From Lingula anatina (Eukaryota > Animalia > Brachiopoda): 64,000 nucleotides of DNA. Where the stretch lies: positions 11,098,001 to 11,162,000 of the forward strand of contig CM120643.1 in assembly GCA_051362555.1 (NCBI GenBank), in the 5' to 3' direction. The position numbers were made by a program, and so were the translations under genes. How positions within the stretch are numbered: position 1 is the first letter of the stretch; each line of letters begins with the position of its first letter. Of this stretch, positions 1 through 12,260 are shown piece by piece. A model generated the notes under the pieces. That model ran no database searches. It saw only the letters and a list, made by a program, of their open reading frames with translations, and was not told the origin of the DNA.

Positions 1-460
1 TGTTGTGCACAGTCTGCTATTCTAGTTCTTAATAAACTTGACCCAATATTCAATACATTTTAGTCATGTATGACACATAAAGAGGAACTCTACCAAATTC
101 GCTTAATGCTAGAAAATCTGTCACATTTTGTTTTAAGGAAGCCAGTCTTTTGCAAAAACGGGCATGGATTTGTTCGACTTTTGTGCACTGTTGAAATCAC
201 CATGGTTCTGCTGCATACAAGGTATATTAAAAGTAGTTTAACAGTTGCATCAAACAGTTTAGAGGCTTCTTGATGGTCATAATATCATAAGTATTTTTGA
301 CAACGGAATATTCCGTTAGATGCCTTTGTCGCTTGTAATGATAGGCGTTCCTGTGTTCTAGACCATGCTAATCGAAGGGTGAACAGGATTCCTAAGTATT
401 TGTAACTGGATACGACCTCAGTTCTATTTCCTTTATAAGTCCGTTTTTCACATTTTACCT
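1..460 (-). pseudogene. Degenerate non-LTR retrotransposon (LINE, RTE/RTEX-like) fragment: end of RT and downstream region
   Basis: Minus-strand translation gives EVVSSYKYLGILFT (YKYLG motif at the end of LINE RT). Across stops and frameshifts it continues KLFDATVK, ALSEFGRVPL and CIEYWVK, in the usual post-RT order LFD...GExGRxPL...IKYW. Clade assignment is from memory of motifs. Confidence 0.75.
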
Positions 461-859
461 GTAATACACAGTGGCGGGTTTCGATTTCTGGTCCCATCTC
501 GTAATTACATTTTTACAATCCTGGGCACTTTTCAGATTTGCCCACATATTGCTAATAAACAAATTACATACACACGATCAAAGAATTCTTATATCACTTT
601 GTTAGAGAATGGTGTAAGTAAACACTGAAAACAGAAACTAAATATCACCACCGAGTCCAAAGTTATGCTAAAGCATAGTCAGAAAAATTACCAAAAAGTT
701 TTCCCGTTTTAGTCATATGAAACAAAAAGCAATCTGAAATAAACTAAAGCAGTGTTTGGCATAGCATTTTTTTTGGATTATAAAACACTCAATAGCATGG
801 TAGAAGCAAAAAAAATTGAATATTAGCAGGTATGAGAAGTATCCCAGAAAAAAGTCCTT

Positions 860-918
860 TAATGGCATGATGGTATTTCCGTTGAAATGTCCATTCCGAA
901 ACAAAACAAAACAAAAAA

Positions 919-953
<35 letters not shown>

Positions 954-1165
954 AATAAAAATAAAAAAGGAAAATGAATTTCAGAAAATTTCATAAGGCA
1001 TACAGTATAATAAACTATCCTAATCATTACTTGGATGCATTGGTATTGTTTGTATCAAATAATGAAAGCCTTGTAATGATCCTGGAGCTTGACATCGAGT
1101 GCAAAATAACCCTGCCGTATTTTTTCCGTTAAATTTGTCCATTCCAAAACATTGGGTTTCTCTTA

Positions 1166-1205
<40 letters not shown>

Positions 1206-1280
1206 ATGTTGACACCTAGCCTGTAACAATATACATATATATTTCTATAAAGCCCGGGGCATACAGTATGTTATTTATTT
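860..1280. repeat. Diverged ~250-bp tandem duplication containing an (AAAT)n microsatellite (~917-965) and a poly-A run (~1166-1204)
   Basis: TTTCCGTTgAAaTGTCCATTCCgAAACA near 876 recurs near 1123; GGCATACAGTAT occurs near 997 and 1258. Confidence 0.5.
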
Positions 1281-1962
1281 TTATATAAGAAAACTCCCAT
1301 TCAACTGTGTTTTTTTTTTAGATGCCTGTTAAGTAGAATACAAAAAGCTGGTGACTATATGAGTATGTTGGAAACAAGAGGAGGCATATCAATCTGTTCA
1401 GCTGATTGCACTTAGCAAGAGTCCCCGCAGAGCTGGGTTGATCCACACAGACTGATGGTGTGTCTATAGGAATGGGGTCTTACATACATGACAAACAAAA
1501 ACTACAAAACAGTTTCACTTATTTGTTATGTCCTCTTGTATTGGGCATTGCACAACCCAAGCATAATAATAACCAAACCTTCTAGACTACTGGAACCTGC
1601 TCTTTTTGGCTTTAAGCAGTTCTTCTGTTGTGGGAGCAGGAACAGGTGCAGTATTTGGACTGAGGTTCCTTGGGTCCCATGGCTCAAGTTGCATCCGTGC
1701 TGTCATGGGACAAATGCTTGTCAGACTCAATGTCACTGCATGAGACTGTAACGTGGGAATGTAATGATATCTTTATAACTTTTTCCCCTTCTACATGTAC
1801 ACTGGATAGGCCACCCATGCTCTTATGTGCTTGCTAATCCAATTTCCATACCTACAAAGTGAGGATCAAATAATTATAATTATCATCTAGCTACATGTAA
1901 TTATAACTTGGACTTTAGAATGAAAAAAATTTTAATTCTTCCTTTGCTCTTAGATTAATTAT

Positions 1963-2120
1963 CCCAGCAGGCACACAACGTTGAATCAACGTTGGCAATT
2001 CAACGTTGAATCATGATTGATAGTTCAACATTGTTTCAACATTAGAAATCTCAATTAACGTTGATTATATGTTGATTTAGCATTGATTATATCTTGATTT
2101 AACATTAAATAAAAGTTGAG
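1963..2120. repeat. Left TIR plus subterminal TCAACGTTGA-like palindromic repeats
   Basis: Repeated CAACGTTGAATCAACGTTG and degenerate copies directly after the CCCAG terminus. Confidence 0.85.
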
Positions 2121-3004
2121 ACAAATAGCATTTTCAATGTCTTTATTTTGTCACTGCATAAAAGGAAAAATGCTGCTAATTTAAGTTAAAATATACATAG
2201 TTTACAACATAGCAATAATAAATAAAAAAAACTAAGAACAACACTTTTTTTTTTACAAAACAAAGCTGCACATCGAATCTGAACTAACACAAAAATTGTA
2301 ATTAAGTATGCATGTACATTGGGGAGGGGAGGGAGAGATTTTTGCACACCTTAACCTAAATTATACTGTACATTGTCATTTTTAAAGTAAATTATAATTC
2401 AAACATATCATTAATAATCATAATCGCTATAGTTCTGTATTAAATAAATCTTGAATAATGAATGAAAAAACATTGTTTTTTAGATGATGGAGAGTTCATT
2501 ATAACAAAATTATAAATAATTAATCATGCAGTAATTAACTGTTTCAATTCAACTTGCATGCTGTCTACAAACTCTGAAAAAAGAATTATGTATGGTACCC
2601 CAGCATAAAACCTCATGTCTCATATCAAACCCCATGTCCCTTTCACTACTACAAATTCAAAAAAGGGCTATGGAAGTTAAATGTCAAGCAACATATCTTG
2701 TCAAAACACTGTATACAGTACGCATGACAACAGAACCAAATTGTAGAGTGAGTGAGTTACTGGCTGCGCTCGGAGCAGATTCTTACATCTTGACGCATGT
2801 GCAGTTAAGTTAGAGAGATAGAAATGGCTGTTGTGGTTGCTTTGATAAATGTTTGTCGATTTTTGTGCAACAAGACGTAGAAGATGAGGTGCTTATACAC
2901 ACGACAGATATGAGTGCAATCTGATGAACTCCACAGTTTAGAGATATAACTGTAAGCATTCTAGCAACGTCCTTCACCAAAATAATAGTTCAACTTCCTA
3001 ATTG

Positions 3005-3111
3005 CTACTTTCTTCCTCCTCCATCTTTTCTTTCTGGTGCCCATTTTAGATACTTAACAATGCTGTCAGAGACTTCCTTCTCTGTAGATCTATATTTTGA
3101 CATCATGACAT
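3005..3111 (-). CDS. DUF4806-like gene, terminal exon 7 (DVMMSKYRSTEKEVSDSIVKYLKWAPERKDGGGRK*)
   Basis: Acceptor TTTTTTTCCAG; TAG stop at 3007-3005; characteristic LKxAPxRxxGGG terminus. Confidence 0.85.
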
Positions 3112-6100
3112 CTGGAAAAAAAAGTGAAGTAAAAATGTAAGCATTTATGTATCGAATGTATGCTGGCAGGTGTGCCTATCATAGCTCATTGAGGGATTCT
3201 AAGAATGAGGTTAAGATTGGGGTTAAATTCCAACTAGGGTGCAAAATGTAAGAACTATTTTTTTAGGCTTAGGTGCCCAAATTGTAGCTGATAGATAGCT
3301 GATAAGTTTATTACAAAAATCAAATTGGGCACAAATTACAGCAGTAAATGTAAAACACAATGCAACATTAATTTAATTACCTTTGATCACCCTACAAAAG
3401 TTGGTGTGCCCAAAAGGAAATTTATTTTTCTTTCCTGAGAAATTCATCGTAGACATGATTCTGTTTGTCATACACCTACAAATAATATTTATAAAACTAG
3501 AGGATCAGAGAGGCGATATCGCCTCTGGATATTGTACCACCAGCTGGAGTAAGCGCATTCATATGGAACCCCCCCCCCCACCAAAAATTTAAAAAATGGA
3601 CGCCACCACCAGTCTATAAAATGCAATAAACAAGAGTTCTAAAAATAAAAAAATAAAAAAAAAATCGAAAAACATAACTGTTAAAATGGTCCAATCAAGC
3701 AGATGTTCAAATTGACCTGTATTTTCCTAACACTGATCACTCCTGTGATTTTCTAGACAATAGGCCTACTGGTTTTCCTTGAAATGCGTTATCAGTATTG
3801 CATATATGCTGACAAAAGAGAAAACCTGGGGACAACAGTAAGCAGATCTCTGCTAGTTTTGAAGATATGAAGGGCAAGAAAATATGCAGAGTTCAGTTTG
3901 TGGTGAAAAAGTAGGTCAAAGGTCAATTTCAAGGTCACAGTATATGACTTCCTATATAAGTTCAATAGTAGCTATGGGCATTTCTTTGCGAATTATGGAG
4001 ATATGAAGGCCAAGAAACATGCAAAGTGCAGTCCATTATAAATAGTAGGTCAAAGGTCAATTTCAAGGTCACAGTAAGATTGCCTGTGTATGACTTCCTA
4101 TTCAAGTTCAATAGTAACTTTGGACGTATCTCTGCCAGTTTTCGAGATATAAGGGATAGAAAATTTGCAAAGTTCAGTTCATGGTGAAAAGTAGGTCAAA
4201 GATCAATTTCAAGGTCACAATAAGATTGCCAGTATATGGCTTCCTATTACAGTTCAACAGTAACTATGGGTGTATCTTTGCCAGTTTTGGAGATATAAGG
4301 GCTGGAAAATTTGCAAAGTTCAGTTCATGGTGAAAAGTAGGTCAAAGGTCAATTTCAGGGTCATATTTAGATTGCCAGTATATGACTTCCTATTCAAGTT
4401 CAATAGTAACTATGAGCGTATTTTTGCCAGTTTTGGAGATATAAAGATCAGAAAACTTGCAAAGTGCAGTACTGAAAAGTAGGTCAAAGGTCAATTTCAA
4501 GGTCACAGTAAGATTACCTGTATATGACTTCCTATTCAAGTTCAATAGTGACTATGGGCGTATCTTTGCCAATTTTGGAGATATAAAGATCAGAAAACTT
4601 GCAAAGTGCAGTTCATCATGAAAAGTAGGTCAAAGGTCAATTTCAAGGTCACAGTTAGATTACCAGTATATGACTTCCTATTCAAGTTCAATAGTAACTA
4701 TGGGCGTATCTCTGTTAATTTTGGAGTATTTCACATTTTCCCCATTGAATATTGCGATGTTGTAATTTTTGATATAGCACAACGCCTAAACCATATCGAA
4801 AACAAAAAAATGGACGCCACCTCCAGTATTGCACTTGACAAGGTCTACAAAATGCAATAAACAAGAGGTCTCTGGCATTTACCGTTCCAGAATTAGAGCG
4901 AGTTTTCAGTTTTATATCTAATGGCTACTTCTCCCGTGAAAATGCACTGATTGACCCCAAACTCCCAAAGATGAAAGGAGTCCCCAATGGTAACCCCTCA
5001 CTATAACAGGAGAGCTAAGGGCTGTGTAGTTTCCAAAAATTAGCACAAACAATTATTTTTTTGCAGAAAATTCCCATTTTTAGAAAATTTTAGCTTGTTT
5101 GACCTTGAAAAAAAGGTCAAAAGTCAAATCCAAGGGCATATTTGGAATCTCCACATATGACTTTCGGTCAGACTTCTATAGTAATTTTTCCCATAATTCC
5201 TTTGGTTTGGGAGATATTCAGCATTGAATTTTCAAAAATTTTGACAAGGGTGCGTTTCAACAAGTGTCACGCCCAGGCCAATGCACCAACTGAGACAAAA
5301 AAAAAACCAGGGTGTTCAAGTTGAGATTATATGTGACCTAAATCCAAGAGATGGGGACACAGGTCCTTGTGGTCTAGGAGGAGAAGCGGTAACGGTGACT
5401 TGTTTCCGGCGCCCGACTGCGGAGCCGGCGGAGCCGCAGGAGCCGGCAGAGCTGTACGAGACGGGTTGGGACTAAAACCATGAGTACCGCCAGCGTACAC
5501 GCTGGTGGTACTAATAAAGGATATATTGAATAAAATCAGAAATGTCTTGGTTTGATCAAGAAAAGTCCAAAAAATTGGAATAATAACCTGCACTTATTTT
5601 TAAAATTCTGATAAAAAGGTTTTTACTGCCAAACAAACCAGTATAACGTAGCTATACACATGTAGGTTCGACTTTTTAATGTAATTAATTTACTAACATA
5701 GACAGAAATGTGTCAAGTGTAAAAGTATTAGTTATCATTTCATAAAGGTTTGATCATTTCTTATACCCGAGTTCTAGGTTTCAGATAATGAAATGTATTT
5801 TACACATTAAACACAGGAAAAAATTAAGTAAATGCATATATATTAGTATTTGTCCTACCTTTGCATGGCCTTTTTAGTGTGATCACACATGTTAATCCCT
5901 CCTATTGCAGCAACTGTGGCTTTCTATCAAATGGAAAAAATAAATGTCATTATTATAAAAATAATAACTAGTTTTTGTAATTATATTATTGAAACTGTGT
6001 GACAAAACTTGCAAATATACAGGCATCAAACAGCAAAACATGCTTTCTTTTTGGTAATTTTAGGTACTGATGTTATATATGAAATGCCCACAGTCACAAG

Positions 6101-8671
6101 ATGGACAGAGACATACATATGTAACATTGATCCATATTGCATGAACTAATAAAAAAGGGAAAAAATCTTCATATTTGAGTTTTGAAAGAGTAAATCTTTT
6201 AAATTTTTAGCTACATGTACTTGTTTGAAATAATTGAATCAAATAAAAACCATAAGTACAAGCATGAAGTTGACTGATTATGTTGCCATTTTCTGCCTAA
6301 AATTAACTGAAATGTGATGAACTTTAACTGTTATAAGTATGTACACAAATAAGCATTTGTGAGGCTAATTTTCAAAATAAAAAATGCATCTTCCTCTCAC
6401 AGATTTGGCTTGTTGGATCAAATCAGTACAACACAAAGACGGTGGTGATTATTATTAGAGCAAGTGAAGAATGATTCAATTCAGTGAAAGATTTAAGTAG
6501 TTTTCAAGTTGTAGTTATACTGATCCTGATGTTACTCCATATCATTCTCATCATTTTTATCAAGTCCACCTGATCAATGATACATAGCATGGACATAATT
6601 TGAACAGAAAAGTAGTATACTTACACAAATATCATATTCTTCTTTGTCCTTCAATGCATTATCAAATTCACTGAAGGAATCCATGGTATCATGTTGTTGC
6701 ATTTGCATTGTTCTCATCTCTGTGTTGTTATTAGATTGATTTTTCTTCATTAGATCTCTTATTTCTGCTAATATGTATAATACTCTTCTCTGAAAACCTG
6801 TGGAAAAAATTTACACTACATATACAAAAAAGACAATTGAGGAATTAGCAAATTTGTCCTCATCCTATGTTACAGGGTACAATTAGGCACTGAAACTTCA
6901 TAAAATTTTTCCTTAGGTAAATTGCTATTTTTGCCCTTTCTAGTCATTGCCTGTCTCAAATATTCATTCAAATTCACCCAATTGCAAAGTCTCCATAAGT
7001 AAGTGTTTAAATTTTGACTTAACAAAATGAAAATTAGTGTCAAAGAAAGAACCTGTGCATTATGTTAAGATTAGTTTCATATTCCCTAATTATTATATCA
7101 TGTTCTATATATGGCATTAACCTAATTCTAAAATTTGAGAATAATAAATGACAACTTCACGTATGCCTTCTGCAAAAAAAAAAAAAAAAAAAAAAAAAAG
7201 GTTCACTCTTGGGGGTTGACATGTACAGATTTTGTCATGAAATTGAAAAAAAAAGTACATACGCTCTTCGGACATTGGAAATGTCGATCTCCTTGGTATT
7301 GGGCTACTTCTGCTATGATGACCCCCTCGACTCATACTCATGCTTCTCTGAGCCATGCGGTCACTGCTTCTGCTACATCTACCAACACGGTCCCTGCTTC
7401 TGCTACGTCTACCAACACGGTCCCTGCTTCTGCTACGTCTACCAACACGGTCCCTGCTTCTGCTACGTCTACCAACACGGTCACTGCTTCTGCTACGTCT
7501 ACCAACACGGTCACTGCTTCTGCTACGTCTACCAACACGGTCCCTGCTTCTGCTACGTCTACCAACACGGTCACTGCTTCTGCTACGTCTACCAAACCGG
7601 TCCCTGCTTCTGCTACGTCTACCAACACTGTCACTGCTTCTGCTACGTCTACCAACACGGTCACTGCTTCTGCTACGTCTACCAACAGGCACGCTCCTGT
7701 CAGGGGGCGTTGGGCTCCTTGGTGGTGGGCTTATTGTTCTAGGAGGAACCCTTCTGTCCATGTTAGCTGCCTCTAAAATGCCAATATACATTATGAGGCA
7801 TCAGTTTTTCTGTCTTTTACCTTTGGCAAAAATGTTTAAAAGATGGTGCTTCTTAACATTGCATACTGAATTTCTTATTAAGCAATTTCTTAGTAGCACT
7901 CTTACCGCTACTACTGCCCCCCGTGGTGAATTCTGCTCCAAAGGTTTTTTTCTTGGGGATTCTCTTCCTAAAAACTCCTAAGTCTTCTTCATCAGTATCT
8001 TCTGTGCAGGTAATGTTAACTGTCTCGCAATCTTTCTTGTTGTCTGTATAATTAAAATATATTATTATCATATCTTTTGTTCCATCTTATGCATGTATCT
8101 AACGTAACTTTCTGCTTTGGTCAAGCAATCTTATTTATAAAAATGAAAAGTGCAGTATTATTTTACAGTATTGAAAATATTCTGAATTCATAGTCAATGT
8201 AGACTAACTATGGGCATAGGCAGGAGAGAGAAATCTGCTCATTAACATGTCCCTTTGCCAATGGATAATTCCAAAACCCTGCATACATGTAGTATACTAC
8301 CTTTACTAATTAATATTGCCAGGTATGAAATGTAATAAATCTGCAATTTTCTTAATATTAAAACGGAGAAAATTTTCAAATGGCACAAACTAGATCTTTT
8401 GCAAACATAAATGATATTGTTTATGAAGCTAAAGCATTAGTAGTGTGTGAAGATTAAACAGAATTCTGTACTGACCAGATGATTTCTTTACCCGCACAAG
8501 AGGGTACTTGATCCAAGTATTTTCAGGTACCCATCTTTCTCTAATTGCTCTCATGGCACCAAGGTTAGTAACATTAGGCGGCCACAGAACCTCATCGTCC
8601 ACCACCCAGTGAGAAGGGATAACCTCCTCTACCTCCACATTGTTCTCCTCCCAAATAACTCTACTCCACAT
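3005..8671 (-). CDS. 7-exon DUF4806-like (BEN-like, TnpA-type accessory DNA-binding) protein, 427 aa, with internal RS-rich repeat
   Basis: Exons 8671-8476, 8043-7906, 7772-7263, 6797-6625, 5923-5859, 3475-3381, 3111-3005 total 1284 nt. All six introns are GT-AG with phases 1,1,1,0,2,1 and there are no internal stops. Motifs typical of DUF4806 proteins of animal EnSpm elements: N-terminal VIPSHWV..VLWPP, FQRRVLYILAEIRDL, IGG, NFSGKKNKFPF, C-terminal YLKWAPERKDGGGRK*. Confidence 0.85.
3381..3475 (-). CDS. DUF4806-like gene, exon 6 (CMTNRIMSTMNFSGKKNKFPFGHTNFCRVIK)
   Basis: Acceptor TTATTTGTAG, donor G|GTAATT; phases match both neighbours. Confidence 0.85.
3497..5514 (-). mobile_element. Non-autonomous Helentron-associated element (HINE/DINE-1-like), nested in intron 5 of the DUF4806-like gene
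   Basis: Read on the minus strand: T-rich flank; 5' subTIR GTACCACCAGC (5511-5501) with its inverted copy (5484-5494); GC-rich simple repeat (~5415-5450); central tandem repeats; 3' subTIR (3534-3544); perfect 18-bp palindrome AGAGGCGATATCGCCTCT (3509-3526); end CTAGTTTT. This is the canonical HINE architecture. Confidence 0.85.
3840..4730. repeat. ~146-bp tandem core repeats of the HINE, about 6 copies
   Basis: GTAGGTCAAAG(G)TCAATTTCA(A)GGTCA at 3911, 4045, 4191, 4337, 4479, 4625. Confidence 0.92.
5859..5923 (-). CDS. DUF4806-like gene, exon 5 (KATVAAIGGINMCDHTKKAMQR)
   Basis: Acceptor TTTGATAG, donor AG|GTAGGA; carries the IGG motif. Confidence 0.8.
6625..6797 (-). CDS. DUF4806-like gene, exon 4 (RFQRRVLYILAEIRDL...EEYDIC)
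   Basis: Acceptor TTTTTTCCACAG, donor T|GTAAGT; 173 nt, open frame. Confidence 0.85.
7263..7772 (-). CDS. DUF4806-like gene, exon 3 (Pro/Ser-rich plus RS-rich repeat)
   Basis: Acceptor ATTTTAG, donor C|GTATGT. The splice phases select the VGRRSRS(S/R)DR frame of ORF 7117..7791. Confidence 0.8.
7358..7687. repeat. 30-bp coding minisatellite, 11 copies
   Basis: CGGTC(A/C)CTGCTTCTGCTACGTCTACCAACA repeated 11 times, nearly perfect. Confidence 0.95.
7906..8043 (-). CDS. DUF4806-like gene, exon 2 (DNKKDCE...TGGSSS)
   Basis: Acceptor TTATACAG, donor G|GTAAGA. Acidic stretch followed by basic RKRIPKKK (NLS-like). Confidence 0.8.
8476..8671 (-). CDS. DUF4806-like gene, coding exon 1 (MWSRVIWEE...VKKSS)
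   Basis: The ATG directly follows the acceptor TTTATTACAG, so an upstream exon is implied. Donor G|GTCAGT. Confidence 0.85.
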
Positions 8672-8739
8672 CTGTAATAAACAGAAAAAGTGTGATCTAC
8701 TACATGCAGACCATTATTATGATGTGTCTGTACATATAT

Positions 8740-9125
8740 CCATCATCTGCGTCTGTCGTCGCCGTCGTTGCCGTCGCCGTGCACTTTTACCGATAACACG
8801 ATAAGTGGAAAACCATTTTACCTTTTGACTTGAAACTTGCAGAACTGATGAATATTCATAATACACAGGTCAAGTTCGAAAATCAGCATGATCGTGTCAC
8901 TTTTAGGGAATTTATGCTGTTTTTTCACTTTTTTCAGCATATATGCAGCACCGATAACACGATAAGTGGAAAACCATTTTACCTTTTGACTTGAAACTTA
9001 CAGAACTGATGAATATTCATAATACGCCAGTCAAGTTCGAAAATCAGCATGATTGGGCCATTTTTAGGGAATTTATGCTGTTTTTTCACTTTTTTCAATA
9101 TAAATGCAACACTGATAACACAATA
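8740..9125 (+). mobile_element. HINE-like fragment: (GCCGTC)n-like microsatellite plus two 161-bp core repeats
   Basis: GTCGTCGCCGTCGTTGCCGTCGCCGT is followed by units starting CCGATAACACGATAAGTGG at 8790 and 8951 that contain TTGAAACTT...GTCAAGTTCGAA. Termini not found. Confidence 0.65.
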
Positions 9126-9621
9126 TAAGAACAAGGCAGCAAAGCTGTCAAATGTACAGACAAAAACCAGAAAATAAAAACGCAGGAAATAGGATACTGT
9201 CAATTCTGATGAACTAATGTATTATGCTTACTGTAACTGCATAGCCAACATCAAATTCTTATTTTGCATAACATTGGATTAGGATGAAAGTAAAATGTGT
9301 ATCAAGCGTAAGACTAAGTTCCAATACCTAGATCAATCTAACAGGATCAATGCAACTCCAAGGGGTTTCTCACTAAATTGCTTTCAGTTTGAGAGTCTTA
9401 GGATTCTGGCATGCCAGTTTCAGTAGGCGTGACAGACAACTAAGCCACTTACATTGATTGCAATTTAGCGAGAATTCCCATGGAGATAGATCGATCCACA
9501 GTTAGCGTGATAGGGTCTGGAAATAGTCCCTAAGGTGTCAGGCTGATAAGAGTTAAACTTTGGAAATGCCAGAATGAGGTACAGTGAAAATTACACACAA
9601 AAAAAAATTGCTTAACTCATT

Positions 9622-9624
<3 letters not shown>

Positions 9625-9684
<60 letters not shown>
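9625..9684. repeat. (AT)30 microsatellite
   Basis: Seen directly. Confidence 0.97.
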
Positions 9685-9688
<4 letters not shown>

Positions 9689-11070
9689 AATTTTTTTTTT
9701 TGGGCTGTATGTCAATCCTAAGAATCATTCTTGTAACTTAACAAAATACAGAAAATGTTACAAAGTAAGAGTACAGGGCTCCTGGCAGATGGGAGTGATA
9801 AGTCACAACTTGAAAATGCCAGTATAGCACTCTATAAACCTGCATTGCCTCCAAAACAGAAAACAATCACACTGGTTTTCAAACACAAGCTGCGCACTTC
9901 TGTCTTATGAAACTTTTCACTAAGTTTCAGTATCGTAAGTAACATGGTTTTCCCTTTATCGCTATCCTGGCAGCAGTGTCCAAAATAGGGTTTTCTTCAA
10001 CTTTCATGCAATAAAACATAATACTTAACAGCATAATGACCATCAAATTTTTTATAAAAAAATAAAAGTATCATGAATATTCAGAAAATGTGATTTGGGA
10101 AGGTCTTCAAGGCCATGGAAGTTCAGAGTCACACTTTCAAAATGCCAAAATGTAAACAAGAGATAACTGTACTGAAATGATTTTCTTTCCATTTTCAACA
10201 CCTTTTTTAAAACAAAATGATCAATAAACTGTCATTTTTAAATGTTCAACTAGGAAAATTGTTGACATAGGAAAAATAGCAATAGAACAATTTTCAATGT
10301 CCAATTTGCTCCATTTGCAGATGCTGAACATAGTGAATGATTAAATCTGACAAACTGCAATGATGAGTTCCTTTCCATTTATGATACTTTATTACACAAT
10401 GCACAATATTATAACAGGTTTACCGTCATTTTTATATAATCAACAAACAATATTGTTAAGAAGCAGAAAATGTCAAAACAACACTTTTACATATCTTATT
10501 AGTTCCATAATGAGACTGTTAACATGCCTAAGAATTAAATCTGAAGAAATAACAATTATATAAATATACAAAAATACAGAAAATGCACAGCACTTCTGGT
10601 GGATGGGAGCATAAAATCACATCTTGAAGATGCTTGTGTTTGAAAAATAATTAAAAAAAATTTTTTAATAAAACGTAAAAAATTCCAATAAAGCTGCTAT
10701 TCAAACTTTTAATCTAGCTGTATTAACTTGATATTAATAACCCCACCAAGTTTGAGAAAAATAAAGCACTGTTATTCATCTATAGCATGTTGGCATAACA
10801 CAATCTTTTTGTTGTAAATTTATTTGCAATGTTAAACACCATTTATCTGCACAATTATCACCAAATCCTAATTTTGTGACACAGTTAAGAGAGCTAAACC
10901 TATGGGACTTTACAGGGAAATCTCAAGGAGTGTTTTATGTAATCTCATTTAATGGCCAATTGAAAATTAATGAGTAGGCAAGTGACTTTATAGACCTTAA
11001 TTTAATTAGTGATCACCCAAGGGACAATTTTATAGACTGTCATCCATACAGTACCATCATATAGCACAAA

Positions 11071-11445
11071 GGTGTTGCATACATGCTGAAAAAAGTGAAA
11101 AAACAGCATTACTTCCCTAAAAATGACCCGATGATGCTGATTTTCAAACTTGACCTGCATATTATGAATATTCATTAGTTCTGCAAGTTTCAAACCAAAA
11201 GGTAAAATGGTTTTCCACTTATCGTGTTATCGGTGCTGCATATATGTTGAAAAAAGTGAAAAAACAGCATATCTACCCTAATAATGACCCGATCATGCTG
11301 ATTTTCGAACTTGACCTGAATATTCATTAGTTCTGCAAGTTTCTGTGTCTGTACATAAAAACGGATTGGCCAATTGTCATTATCCTCACAGGAGTGGTCA
11401 ATCTTACTAAAATGCAGGTTGAGTTCGAAAATCAGCATCAATTAT
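11071..11445 (-). mobile_element. Inverted, diverged copy of the same 161-bp HINE-like core repeats
   Basis: Reverse complement of 8790-9120; unit starts at 11071 and 11232. Confidence 0.7.
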
Positions 11446-12208
11446 TAGGCACGTTATCAGTCTCATTATTGAACTAATAAGATGCGTAAAAGTGTTTGTT
11501 TGATATTTCCTGCATCTTTACAACTGTAAATTCTGTAGTGTACGTAGCTGTACGAAGACATTTTCATGACTTGACAATGATTAATCAACATAGACATTTT
11601 TTGACATGTAATTTATTTTTTAAAAATTATATGATATCTTGTTGGCGTAAATTTTTCAAAATATACATTTGAATTGCAGACTATTAACTACATGTAATAT
11701 TTAAATGTTAAAATTGCAATATTTCCTGAGCATTTTTTTTTTTTTGCTGATATATAAAAAGGTGCTAAAGGGAAATTGTACTAGTGTCTACAAGTCTTTC
11801 AAAAGTTAAATACCATATAAAAAATACTTCGCTATTAAAAAATGAAAAGAATGTACATTCAATGGAAATGTCTGCTTTTATTTCACAATAAAATATTGTA
11901 TGATGTACAGTTACATAAAGAAAAGATAAAGTAAAAAACAAGATCACAGTATTGTAGGCAGGATTAATGGGAAAAAATCCAAGGAAACAGAAGTAAACTT
12001 CTATTATTTCTGAGAAGAATCTTTTTGCAAATAAAATATATTATTCAAAAAGAAAACTGGTCATTTAGTAAAGGGGCGCTGGATAAAAATTAAATTTCAA
12101 TCTGCTTTAGAAATTTGTAAAAAAAAATTCATTAATCTAAATAGTGAAGTAATCATGCATGTAGCTGTTGTAAATTAACTTGAATGATGGATTCCTTCAT
12201 GTATCCTC

Positions 12209-12212
<4 letters not shown>

Positions 12213-12258
<46 letters not shown>
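12213..12258. repeat. (AT)23 microsatellite
   Basis: Seen directly. Confidence 0.97.

Positions 12259-12260
<2 letters not shown>

Noticed and set aside
1488-1751. 87-aa plus-strand ORF and other short ORFs in 70-2813 and 10360-14155 as genes
   Set aside because: No recognisable motifs; several are driven by poly-A/T or microsatellites.
7135-7981. Plus-strand ORFs (mucin-like, Cys/Tyr-rich, Leu-rich) and the minus-strand Val/Ala ORF over the 30-bp repeat
   Set aside because: They are open only because the repeat unit lacks stops. Only the RS frame is bracketed by phase-compatible splice sites.
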